Source of the DNA: Macrostomum lignano
Lineage: Eukaryota
Length of the DNA: 30,129 nucleotides
NCBI GenBank assembly: GCA_002269645.1
Contig: NIVC01004958.1
Coordinates: 1-30,129, forward strand
Direction: 5' to 3'
The translations under genes and the position numbers were made by a program. Within the stretch, counting starts at the first letter, position 1. Each line of letters starts with the position of its first letter. The notes beneath the pieces are model-generated. The model was not told the DNA's origin. It saw only the letters and a program-made list of their open reading frames with translations, and did no database searches. This document shows positions 19,873-30,129 of this stretch, piece by piece.

Positions 19873-22091
19873 TGATGTAACCACGCTCTGGTCGCGGGAT
19901 AGGGCATGGGAACTTTTTCGAAAGTGCCTCCTATCCCGTGCACCCTCTGCACAGAGCTGTCGAGACTCGGCCAGGTCTCCGACCGGGCCTGGAGACTCCC
20001 GCTCTGCTGCACCCCTCCTGCTGCCTTGGTCCCGTCTCTCCTGCCGCCACACCTGCCTTTCCGGAGCCCCTACCCCTTTCTGTACCTCCCCCTCTACCCT
20101 ATCTCTTCTGTTCCCGCCCTATTCTTCCTGTACTTTCTCTACCTCCTCCCTTTTTTTTGTCTCCCTCTGCACTCTTTTCCTGCGCTGTCCCCTCTTTCCC
20201 TGTGTCTACTTACAGTACTTTGTGTGCTCACCGTCTCCCCATCCCCTCTCAAACTCCCAAACGGTGACGCAAGTCGTGTGACCCCTTCTCCCCCTCGGTG
20301 ACTCATCGATGACTCATCCCCCTCTCTTGCGCAACCTTTTCTCACGCTATTGTTCTCCTTCCCAAATTTCTCATGTGACACCCACCCCACCTCCGCTTCT
20401 ATTGTTCTCGTTTTTGCTTCTTTTGTTCTCTCGACCCCCACCAATTATCACATTTTCTCCGATTTTCTCTTTCTTTTGTTCTCGTTTTCGCACCTAATTA
20501 TCACCTTTTCTCCAATGTTTACTTTTCCATTGTTCTCAGTTTTCCCCAATTATCCCCGATTTCCAATTCCTTTGTTCTCGACCCCAGCCCTATTGTTCTC
20601 AATGTTTGCTTGCGCAACACTTTCGCGACCACCCGCTGCGCCAATTATCCCCCCACCCCACCTCCGGATTGCGCAATTTCCCGATTTCTCATGTTGCTAT
20701 GCCGGTCTCATGCTTCTCATCATGACTCATTCTGACGTCATTCTGCCGGCAGCCAATCAGAGAGAGGGAGCCATGGTAACGACCTTGAGGAGGCGGCTGT
20801 GAGGTCTATAAAAGGAAGCGATTTCGGCATGAGAATACTCAACTGAGTTTATCTCTGTTCCTCTCCTCGTCCTTCTTTGGACTTGCTGTCAGATTGAGTT
20901 CTGACCCACTCGTCTATAAGACGAATCCCTGCCGGCCCGCGGTCTGTTACCGCCAAGTTATCCTTAGCTCCCCAAGTGAGCTCGCCTATCGGCCAGCGGT
21001 CTGATACCGCCCCGCATCATCAGCATCGCCTGATCTACATCAGCGCCTCGTCGCTCCAGCGCATCGCCGCTTCACCGTCTGCCTGACTGCAGCCTACAGC
21101 CGCCCTCGGTCACTCCGTCTCTCTCTCTCTCTCTGTGCAGCTGCCGGTAAGTTCCTGCTACTAATTTGTGCTCTAATTGCCTTTGCTTATCCGGGGTTTG
21201 CCTATTTTCCATTGTCTGATTAGAGAGCTGAGCCAATTGTGATACCGTATCTTTTGCTGTATTTTACTCAATAGTGAAGCCGCCTAATTGCCTGACTATT
21301 TGCCTAAGGGCCTAATTATTAACTATTAACTAACTTCATCATTATCAATCTTTCACCATCATTTCACTCATGGCTTGCTAAGCCTTTCTCCCGGGGTGGC
21401 AAAGCATAAGGAAGTTTGGGTAAGCTAATGGCCTCTCCCCGTGCAAAGCCCGCCTGTGAGGCGTGCTGCGGGGCCGCGTGTGCGTGCAGTAGAGGGATTA
21501 GCGAGTCTTGGCACAGCATGGCAGTAGGAAGGTTGCAACCCCATGCTAACGCGTCCCTTCGCCCTGAGCAATCTAAACTGTAGACAGTACATGTTCGCCT
21601 CATACTACTCTTAGTAATCAAAGTCGCAAGTCAGCCTCGCTCACAGCCACAAAGGATCCCCTGCTGAGAAATCCTCCAGGATTGAGCCCAGAGTTCCCGA
21701 TCATGCCCCAAGCAGAGTCCCTGTACTCGGCTGCATGCGTCTCCCCTGTTAGCCTAAATCCCCTGGTAACCAATCCAGGCGGGGCTCTAGCCTCGAGAGG
21801 TCTGGTAGAAAGATCCAGGTGCGCCAGGTCACATAGAGTGGTGGCAGCCACTCGGTCATACTATGACCGAGTGACCAACTATTGCACCTTGGCTACAGGT
21901 GGGGTCCATGTGGGTCCTTGGCCCTCTGGTCACGAAGCGCTACCAAAGCTACTAATCATGTGGGCGGGACAGTCTGGTGCTGGAGGTCCGTCAGGTCATT
22001 GCCCGGTCATAGGCAGCCTACGGTCATTGCCCCCTCTAGTCATGCGTTCGTCTCTCTACGGAGCGGACAGGCGACAAGGGCGGTTACATCA
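19873..22091 (+). repeat. LTR3 (2219 bp), terminal LTR
   Basis: Same termini; no PBS follows (flank CTATAAG); nine substitutions relative to LTR1/2, all 3' of 20908. Confidence 0.96.
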
Positions 22092-22644
22092 CTATAAGTT
22101 ATAATCACTACACTTGTATATAGGTATTGACTATCTAAATGCAATGCTAAAACCTAGTTAACATTACTAGATTGTCTAAACTACATTTATTGTACAAAAA
22201 AATATAAAATAAGTTTCTTGTTCCTATCTTGCAGTACATCTAATAATCTGATCCACTCTTTATATACTATTTCATTATATTATAAAAATAGTTAACTACT
22301 AAAATAACCTATAGGCTATAGATAAGCATGGCAGCCATAATCATTAGCAGGCAAAGGGCAGTTGCAAGGCCATGCAACCTAGACTATAGGCAGCATTACA
22401 GAGTTTTGTTGAGATGTGGTAGCTCAAGTTTATTCAAGTCCCTAGGTTACTAATTCCTTAGGATACTAAGTAGCCTTATTGATACCACAAGATATAAAGT
22501 CATATGTATCAATCTGCATGCCTGCTAAGTTTCATTTGCACAAAGCAAAGATTTAGTAAGATTGATAAGATTAAAGCTAGAGATATACAAAGATAGTTGC
22601 TTGCTAAAATCTGCCTTAGTGTTATCCTAATATTGTTTACCAAA

Positions 22645-22795
22645 CAGGGGCATAGGGAGGGGATAGGGGAGATGTATCCCCCACCAAAGAGCCTGACCAA
22701 AACTTTTTTGTTGCTATACATGCTACCATGTGATTCTGTCATAGCACTTTTACCTTGGTATATCCCCCCATAGGAAATTCCTAGCTACACCCCTG
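22645..22795. mobile_element. Old hAT-like MITE, 151 bp
   Basis: 8-bp TSD TTACCAAA (22637-22644 and 22796-22803); TIRs CAGGGGCATAG / CTACACCCCTG. Confidence 0.85.
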
Positions 22796-23029
22796 TTACC
22801 AAACTATAAATAAAGTCAATACCTAAGAAGCTAAGGAAAAAATCAAAGTCTGACCCTTTTAGAAATTTTATACTTTAATATACTACATTAATAAAAGTGT
22901 AAGAGGCTAAGTACTTTGTGCTTTTAAGGCTATTTATGTAGACTAATTAAAGGTAGCTCTATAGTATTTATGCATCTAAGTACTAATATTCTAATCATGC
23001 TTGGGGGCAACCTAGAAATTCACCTGGTT

Positions 23030-23135
23030 GTTTCTATTGGCAACACATACATGCAAGTCACTATTGGACAGAATAGTAATCACATGACTATTCTCAGCCA
23101 ATAGCAAATTACATGTGTGTGTTGCCAATAGAAAC
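23030..23135. repeat. Foldback palindrome (decayed MITE-like)
   Basis: GTTTCTATTGGCAACACATACATG (23030-23053) versus CATGTGTGTGTTGCCAATAGAAAC (23112-23135) is 23/24 inverted, with nested inner inverted motifs. No TSD identified. Confidence 0.75.
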
Positions 23136-24089
23136 GGCCAAGTGATTCCCAGTGTTGTGCATGTATGATTTTAAGTGTGCTAGTTTAAATATTTTTATTT
23201 GTTTAAGAAACAAATTTAAACAAACACAATAGCACTAGACTATTTTTGCTCAGTGCATATAAAAACTTGACTTTTAAGTGTTGGGTTTGTGTTTGTAGTT
23301 TTGCTTGGTAAGTTCATGCCACACTTGTCTCTTTCTTTCTCATTTACTTTGTGCATTCTTTCTATGCCTTTTGATATTCAGGTTTGTACTTGCACATTTG
23401 TGGATGCTTTTAGCCCTAAATATTATTGATTCAATATTTATATTGCACCTACCCTGCTATATGCTAATTATCAATAAAAAGGTTTGCCTATGGGCTATTG
23501 TTTCCTCACCTCTTTTTGCTTGCAATTATGACTTGACTTGTCAATTTGTGTGAGAAAATTGTAAGCATTTGCTACCATGACATCAGTGGTGACCAATGTG
23601 ATAAATTGCAGCATCAAAAATGACGGATACAAATTTTGCATCAACAATTAAAGGGGCTATCTAGTAATAAAATGGGATCATCAAGAGCTTTATGAAATAT
23701 CTATTTATGACTGCTTCTTGCCTCATCTTATAACATGTGAAATGGTAGAGTATTTCAAGCAAGGTAACCTTCAATTTTACATTCTCATTTGATAAAATTG
23801 CACAAAGGTGACTTGTTGCCATTGACACTTGTTGCTATTTCTAGATCTATGGCAGGAGCACTGCTTGGGTCTGCACTTAACTGAGAGCTTGGAAAAGTGT
23901 AGTCACCTAAATATACCCTTACTTTGTGATACTGACATATAATGATAATAAAAAGATTTTTTTTACTTTAAATTTTTAGCTCAAATGACTTTAACTTTAT
24001 TAATCAATTTTAATTGCTAAATTGGTTTATTTTAATTGTTTGTTTTATTTGTCATTGATTTTTAAACTTGTTGCTTACTTGCATTAAAC

Positions 24090-24205
24090 TTGCCAATAAC
24101 TTTTTGCCAAAGTGGATCAACTTTAATGAATCATTTGCCAAAATGTCTAGCTTTAGACAAAATGGTTGTTATAAGTCTTTTGCCAAAAATTCCTTTGCCA
24201 AATGG
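24090..24205. repeat. Cluster of TTTGCCAAA motifs, probably a CpG-decayed subterminal repeat of an old DNA transposon
   Basis: Motif at 24103, 24134, 24179 and 24194; element boundaries not resolved. Confidence 0.4.
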
Positions 24206-24877
24206 GTTGACTACTATTATAGGAATAAGTTAATAGAAATAGACAAGCCTTAAATTTTTATGACTAGGCCCTATTATATCACATCATTTTTGGTGGCTTT
24301 TGAAGGCCTCACATGCCAACCACCTTGGACGCCTGCTACCCTCTGTCACGACCGACAGAGATCTTCAATGAACAGATACAAGGCTTTATAATTTACTGTG
24401 GCTCACAGTTGGTCCCAATCAACAGCAGGGGCAGGAGGAGAAATAAAGAATCTTCTTTCCTGAGAATCAATGTATTTATAGCCCAGCCTTCAAACTGGCT
24501 AGGATAAGATCAAGTGGGTGGCACCATATCTGACCTTCCCATTCCTCTTTCTCTTTTTTATTGGCAAGTCATAGGACCCTTAAGCCTTAGGGCCTACTAA
24601 TGTCTAAAGACAAAGTCTCTAAATGTAATAATATTGATAATTATTTTAATATAAATCATGATTTGGCAACCTTTTAGTTTAGCATATTTAATTATTTTTT
24701 GAAAAATAATAACTTTTGTAATTATTGCAAATAAATATTTGAGCTTATGCAAATATAAGATGTGGTAGTATATATATTTTATGTCTATGTCTACTAGTTT
24801 GAGATGGTTATTGGCTATATCTATGACCAAAACCTATAATCACTCTGTTTTTTTAAGGGACTAGGATAGGAGAGATA

Positions 24878-25175
24878 CATACATGCGCAACCCCCAAAAT
24901 TTGGTCGGCCGTGCGACTTAGTTTTAACAAAAATGCGACGTAGTTTTTGGCCAAAAATGCGACTTACATGTAAAAAAACCCTAAAGCAAAATTAACGCAA
25001 CTTTGGGTAAACGGCAGAAGTAACTATAACTGTCTTATTGAGCCAAAATGCCTCGTCAGCTACTTAGTACTACTACTTGGGTTTTTATTCAGGTAGGCAT
25101 TTTTGCAACTTCCTTGGTTGGCCGCCAAATCGGTCGGCCGGATCGGCCGACTCGGCCGACTGTTGCGCATGTATG
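24878..25175. mobile_element. Young hAT-like MITE, 298 bp
   Basis: Perfect 14-bp TIR CATACATGCGCAAC / GTTGCGCATGTATG; 8-bp TSD GAGAGATA (24870-24877 and 25176-25183); CpG-rich TCGGCCG and TGCGAC subterminal motifs. Confidence 0.92.
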
Positions 25176-25737
25176 GAGAGATAGGCTACCCAACTATTTG
25201 ACAATTAACTACTAGCTGTATTTTATAGATCCCAACAATCTGAATGTCCATACTAATATAATTGAAGACAATTATAAGTACAATTCATTGAAGACTCTGG
25301 TTTTCTGACTTAGTCATTTAAGCAGGATTGCAAGTTGGAAATACCATGTTGAATAGAAAGGGCATTTTGCAAGTGCAGTTAAGCAGGGATTGCCAAACAA
25401 GCATTTTGCTCAGTAAAGAAAGGTGGATTGCCCAGTAGAAAGGGAGGATTCCCAAGAAAATAGATTCAGGCTGTTGCAGCTAAGCGTGATGCAATATTAG
25501 TCAGGAGAGACAGTATTAAAGCCAGAAACCCCTCAGTCCATGGTAACGCTGTGTTGGACTGATTAGTTGAGGAATTAGTAATAGCAGTAGTAGTCAGCAG
25601 TGTCTTGCCGCTCGGGCACTGAAGCTACCCAGGATAATTCATACCGACGATAGCCCATAACGTATATAATACATATAGGTTTAAAAGTTGACCTAGGATT
25701 CTTAGAAATAAATAAATAATAGATTTAGTACAATTAG

Positions 25738-26353
25738 GGGTACCAGTCGTTTCGGTGACAAATAGTCGTTTCGGTGACAAGTTGCTTTTGTGATAGACAC
25801 ACTTCATTTTTTATGAAAAATTAAAGATATAATAATTATTGGTGATAAGAGGCGCTTGATAACGTTAGCTTGGCTTGTAGTTATTTTGTTAAGACTTATG
25901 CTTCGTACATATTTAAAAATTTTCGTCGAAAGACTAATATATTTAGGAAAACAAATAAAACTAAATTATGTTGTTTTTTTCCTGTACAGATCGTTTTGAA
26001 TTGTCTCAGAGTTTTCAGAGACTTAAACCATAAACCTATATAGAGAATCCTCATGAAATGCCGACCACGAGAAAAGCAGAAATTGACGCTACACGTTTGG
26101 ATGAAAAAACAATTCAAAAGACCGCCACTCTTTAATTGTAAATAAACAAAATCAAATAAAGCTGAACTTAACCTTTTCAAATAATTATAAAGCTTTAGGT
26201 TCAATATCCTTTAAGATTTGCAAGCTAATTTTCTGTTTAAAAACAGAATGGCTATCACTTGAAAAGGGTATTTTTCTTGTCACCGAAATGACTTTTGCTT
26301 GTCACCGAAAGGACTGTCACCGAAACGTCTTGTCACCGAAATGACTGTAATCC
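25738..26353. mobile_element. Non-autonomous DNA transposon, 616 bp, GG..CC termini (Merlin- or MULE-like; superfamily uncertain)
   Basis: 8-bp TSD ACAATTAG (25730-25737 and 26354-26361); imperfect ~24-bp TIR; TTTCGGTGACA twice on the left and four inverted TGTCACCGAAA on the right. Confidence 0.88.
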
Positions 26354-27841
26354 ACAATTAGTAAAATCTTAATAGAGTTAAATACATCTCTATAATAACT
26401 TGGTGTTAATCGGTGGGATCCTTAAGTACGTCGGGATTGTTAGGCCTAGTACACTATTATTAGTATTCAGTATACTAACGTCTAGTAGTAAAATTATAAT
26501 TAGCCTGTTTGCAGTCAGTCACAATCGACTAGAAAAAATCCTTTGCGCCAACAGTAACCCAGCTGTGCTCTGCATCTGACGCCAAATTCCAAAAATTTCG
26601 GACGGTAAACAGTAACATTGTAACAACGTACTCACTCAACCTACTCGACGAGACGAGATGGATTTTTGTTCCAACTCTTAAGTTACTAACTAACTCTGAT
26701 CTGTGCATGCTCATAACACGAATTAAGATTACTTTTAAATTCAAGATAATGCAGTACTTATTTATAATAACAAATGAAGACACTAAAACCTTAATGATTT
26801 TATTTAAGAGCAAGCAAATCTTTCTGTTTCTGTTTTAACATAAGCAAACTTTACTTTCGAAACTGATACAACATCATGAACAATTGCAAGATTATCATCT
26901 ATACAGACAGAAGCCTGCCATTTTGAAATCACAAGTTTAATAATTAAAATAAATGGATTCTTTGCTAAAAGTACTTTACAAACTACTTCATCGAAAGCAT
27001 GTTAGCTCTTATTCTAATAATATATTTGCAAAATTACGAGCACCTTTCGAATTGTACATCGGTTGACTGCTAATCCACTGCTTCATCTTTATTAGATATG
27101 ACTTTAAAAGAAGCAGCTGAAAAAATGACCAAAATAAGCGTTCCTTGGCTGACAATTTTAGATTAGGGCCTAGATATCTGAATTGCTTTTCATTTAACCT
27201 GACATGTACACGTATGTGACAAGGACCACAGGAACACTTCGTTATATCGTCTAAGTCTAGTAGTCCTTGAGTAGAGAAGGTTCTTATTAGTGTGACTGCT
27301 GGGCTTCCACGCTACATACAAGCAACTGTGTGTAGAGCTTTCTTTGGTTGGTCAAGAATTTGGAGATTGGGTTTAAATTTTCCCACATAATTATTCCTTA
27401 ACCGATTGTTGATGTACATGTATTTATTGTATTGGTCTCATTTTACAGATAAGATTAGTCAGACAAAACAATAGAAAGAGCGATTTAATCGCTGCAAGTG
27501 TAGACACAGCGGCATCTGCAGCGACTCCAGGCTTTGATTAGTGTGTATTTAGCACTTTATAGTAGGTAAGCTGCGCATAAATATTTTTGCGTATTGGTAG
27601 TACATGATAATACCTGTAACATCCAATCAGTCTGGAGATTCGTTGACAGATCAAACAAACAATATTATTCAAAAGGATTCATAAATTGAGACTATACAAG
27701 CAGAAATATTAAGACACCAGTCTATTCATTTTGTTACTTGATTACTATGAGTGATTTATTTCGCCCAGCTAAATATCTTCAGAAAATTTACCGTAAAAGA
27801 CTGTGTCAAAATTTTGCACAATCAAAGTCCAAAGCAGTGTC

Positions 27842-28005
27842 AGCCAATCAAATTTCAGCATTCAATTCCAATCCAAATGTGCGCTTCAGATTTCTCTACC
27901 CCAGCCAACAGTCGTCTAGCCAATCAGATTTCAGCATTCAATTCCAGTCTAAATTTACGCTTCAGATTTCTCCACTCTACCCCAGCCGACAGTCGGCTAG
28001 CCAAT
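27842..28005. repeat. Two-and-a-bit copy tandem duplication (76 and 81 bp units)
   Basis: AGCCAAT-initiated units at 27842, 27918 and 27999. Confidence 0.85.
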
Positions 28006-28335
28006 AAAATCGCTGCATGCAGGGACTGAATAAATTATTTTTAAAAATTTAAATTGAAAAAATTAAGATTTTACGATGACGCAAACTAAAAGGTTAAATG
28101 CCGCGATGATAATGGAGTGGACTTGATGAGTAAGGAGATAACAAAACCTTAAAACCAGAAGCACACAGTCGTTGCGCGTTAGAATGAATGATGAGATCTG
28201 CTATAAAAAAGAAGCAGACCTTATAGGTTGTCAATACAAGGCAAACAAAAAAGAAGCGACTTGACGTGTTTTTGCTGGAAAACAACGAGTGTTATTTGCA
28301 GCGAATGCAGAAACCTCATCAGACCCGCGACGCCC

Positions 28336-28595
28336 TCAATTGCAGATGGACTTCTTCAAATGGCAGTCGGTGCAGACGACCCTGAACGGATTGACAGCAG
28401 GCGGCAGGTCTTGTGCTGGCACTCCGGATGGTTGCCGGGGTAAGTGTAGTTGGCTGTGGCGTGGGTCCGGCCGCAGCACATCACGCTGCAGAGAATTTCG
28501 CGCCGCCTCTCGCCGCTGCCGCTGCGGATGAGCTGGACGGCCTCGGACTGCCGTCTGGTAGGCACTCGCTGGTGAAGAGGTTGGCGCAGAAGGGG
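28336..28595 (-). pseudogene. Possible frameshifted Cys/His-rich coding remnant
   Basis: GC3-biased segments in three successive frames: PFCANLFTSEC / RQSEAVQLIRSGSGERRREILCSVMCCGRTHATANYTYPGNHPECQHKTCRLL / VVCTDCHLKKSICN. Family not recognised. Confidence 0.3.
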
Positions 28596-28640
28596 TTTTA
28601 ATTAGTGTGCGATCGGCGGTGATATGGTCAGCAAAGCCGT

Positions 28641-28883
28641 GAAGTGTCAGAAATTCTATCTAAGTGTCGGGAATTCTATGAAAGTGTCGGAAAGGCTATG
28701 GACGAGTCAGGAAGGTTATAGAAGTGTCAGAAAGGTTGCGGTAGTGTCAGGAAGGTTGTGAAAGTGTCAGGAAGGTTATAGAAGTGTCAGAAAAGTTATA
28801 GAAGTGTCAGGAAGGCATGGAGTAGAAAATTCAGGAAGGCATGCAGTAGTAGTGTCAGGAAGGATATAAAGTGTCAGGTAAGC
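28641..28883. repeat. ~20-bp minisatellite (about 12 units, GAAGTGTCAGGAAGGTTATA-like)
   Basis: Units fall in a 20-bp register from 28641 to 28820, then degenerate. Confidence 0.9.
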
Positions 28884-29650
28884 AATACGAGGAGCGAGAA
28901 GTGTAAAGGCGAGGCAGAGACAAACCCACACTAGACTATGCAACAGCAGCTTCAAGGAGGAAGTCAGTAAAATCTTCGGCAAGGCAGGCGAATGCTACTG
29001 AGTATGCTGGTTGGCACTTAGTTAAACATCAGCAGTCGGAGGGCTCCCAGAGGCGGCGGGAACTTATTAAAAACAAGACTGAATTCGGCGGTATTTTATC
29101 GGCAAGCCTCCCGCCGCAGCTGCGCAGAGATTTGCCAGGCTGATCCCGCAGATTTTGCCCCGGGGCAGCATTGAGAATCTGCGGCCTGCCGCTGGCCTGT
29201 TTACGACTCGGGCTGGTTTTAGTGCTCCGGCAAGTCGTAAATGCTGGCGCCCCCCCCCCTGGCTGCAGGTGCCGCCCTGCAAACCTGTCGGTAAGCGCAG
29301 ATTTGTTCTGACAGCTCATAAAAACTCTGCCGAAATTCTATTTCTAAGTCGCGAAATTTCCGCAAGTTAAAGAGGATCTTGTTTGATGTTGTTTGGGAGC
29401 TGGGGATACCCTCAGGCAGCCAGATCCCACCAAGTCAAATATGAAAAAGTAGCGACGAACGAACGGCGCCCTGAAACATTCATCCCTGCCGTGGACCTGC
29501 CTTCTACGCAGAAATGAATTCTGCCAGCTGCCACGCGCTTTTCGTTTCAATCTGACAGGCAGAAATGCGTTCATTATACTGAGTTCGGCTGGCTTCGCCT
29601 CTTGCACCATTGCCTGCTGACTAACCTGCAGTGCTAGCTGTGATGCCTTA

Positions 29651-30129
29651 CCTGACACCTTCGTAGTGTCTTTCTGACACCCTCTCAGTATCTTCTCTGA
29701 CATCCTCTCAGTGTCTTCTCTGACACCTCTCAGTGTCTTCTCTGACACCCTCTCAGTGTCTTCTCTGACATCCTCTCAGTGTCTTCTCTGACATCCTCTC
29801 AGTGTCTTCTCTGACACCCTCTCAGTGTCTTCTCTGACATCCTCTCAGTGTCTTCTCTGACACCCTCTCAGTATCTTCTCTGACATCCTCTCAGTGTCTT
29901 CTCTGACACCCTCTCAGTGTCTTCTCTGACACCCTCTCAATGTCTTCTCTGACACCCTCTCAGTGCCTTCTCTGACACCCTCTCGGTGTCTTCTCTGACA
30001 CCCTCTCAGTGTCTTCTCTGACACCCTCTCAGTATCTTCTCTGACACCCTCTCAGTATCTTCTCTGACACCCTCTCAGTGTCTTCCCTGACACCCTCTCG
30101 GTGTCTTCTCTGACACCCTCTCAGTGCCT
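29651..30129. repeat. 23-bp minisatellite (about 21 units, CTGACACCCTCTCAGTGTCTTCT), running off the window
   Basis: Units read directly. Confidence 0.96.

Larger units (their letters stand above)
1784..22091 (+). mobile_element. Tandem non-autonomous Ty3/gypsy-like LTR retrotransposon: LTR-internal-LTR-internal-LTR (periods 9034 and 9055 bp)
   Basis: Three near-identical 2.2-kb direct repeats with TG..CA ends, a PBS after LTR1 and LTR2, a PPT before LTR2 and LTR3, and gag-pro in both internal regions. No pol domains seen. Confidence 0.95.

Noticed and set aside
23595-23765. Possible decayed exon (NDGYKFCINN*RGYLVIKWDHQELYEI...MVEYFKQ)
   Set aside because: It has an in-frame stop, no recognisable family and a weak donor.
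24345-24600. Solo LTR starting TGTCACG
   Set aside because: No matching terminal CA with inverted end or TSD could be placed.
22092-24877. Fungal RIP as the cause of the skewed dinucleotides
   Set aside because: The diagnostic TIR changes are CpG->TpG/CpA, and the 9-kb near-identical tandem is CpG-rich and unmutated, which RIP would be unlikely to spare.
29344-29748. 134-aa minus-strand ORF
   Set aside because: It begins inside the 23-bp array (period not a multiple of 3) and has no recognisable domain.

Overview
Eukaryotic genomic DNA, most likely from an invertebrate animal (tRNA-Leu PBS, GT-AG splice signals, TATA/CCAAT promoters, CpG decay in old repeats). No intact host gene is visible. 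Layout: (1) a 31-bp minisatellite (148-1783); (2) a 20.3-kb young tandem LTR retroelement arranged LTR-internal-LTR-internal-LTR (1784-22091), with 2.2-kb TG..CA LTRs, an 18-nt tRNA-Leu PBS and a PPT; (3) an AT-rich, partly CpG-depleted flank with three TSD-bounded MITEs; (4) a CpG-rich end with two related minisatellites in inverted orientation. The element encodes only a Ty3/gypsy-type Gag plus an aspartic protease domain, joined by a correctly phased GGGAAAC -1 frameshift site. No RT, RNase H, integrase or env was found. Where pol would be, there is a candidate antisense spliced gene (own TATA box, 813-nt intron, Pro/Ala-rich microprotein with a C-terminal hydrophobic segment) and an array of PBS-like motifs, all nested in a candidate sense-strand intron. 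The tandem has no TSD and its last LTR looks chimeric. The copies differ by many homopolymer indels, so single-base frame calls may reflect sequencing error. All analysis was by eye.
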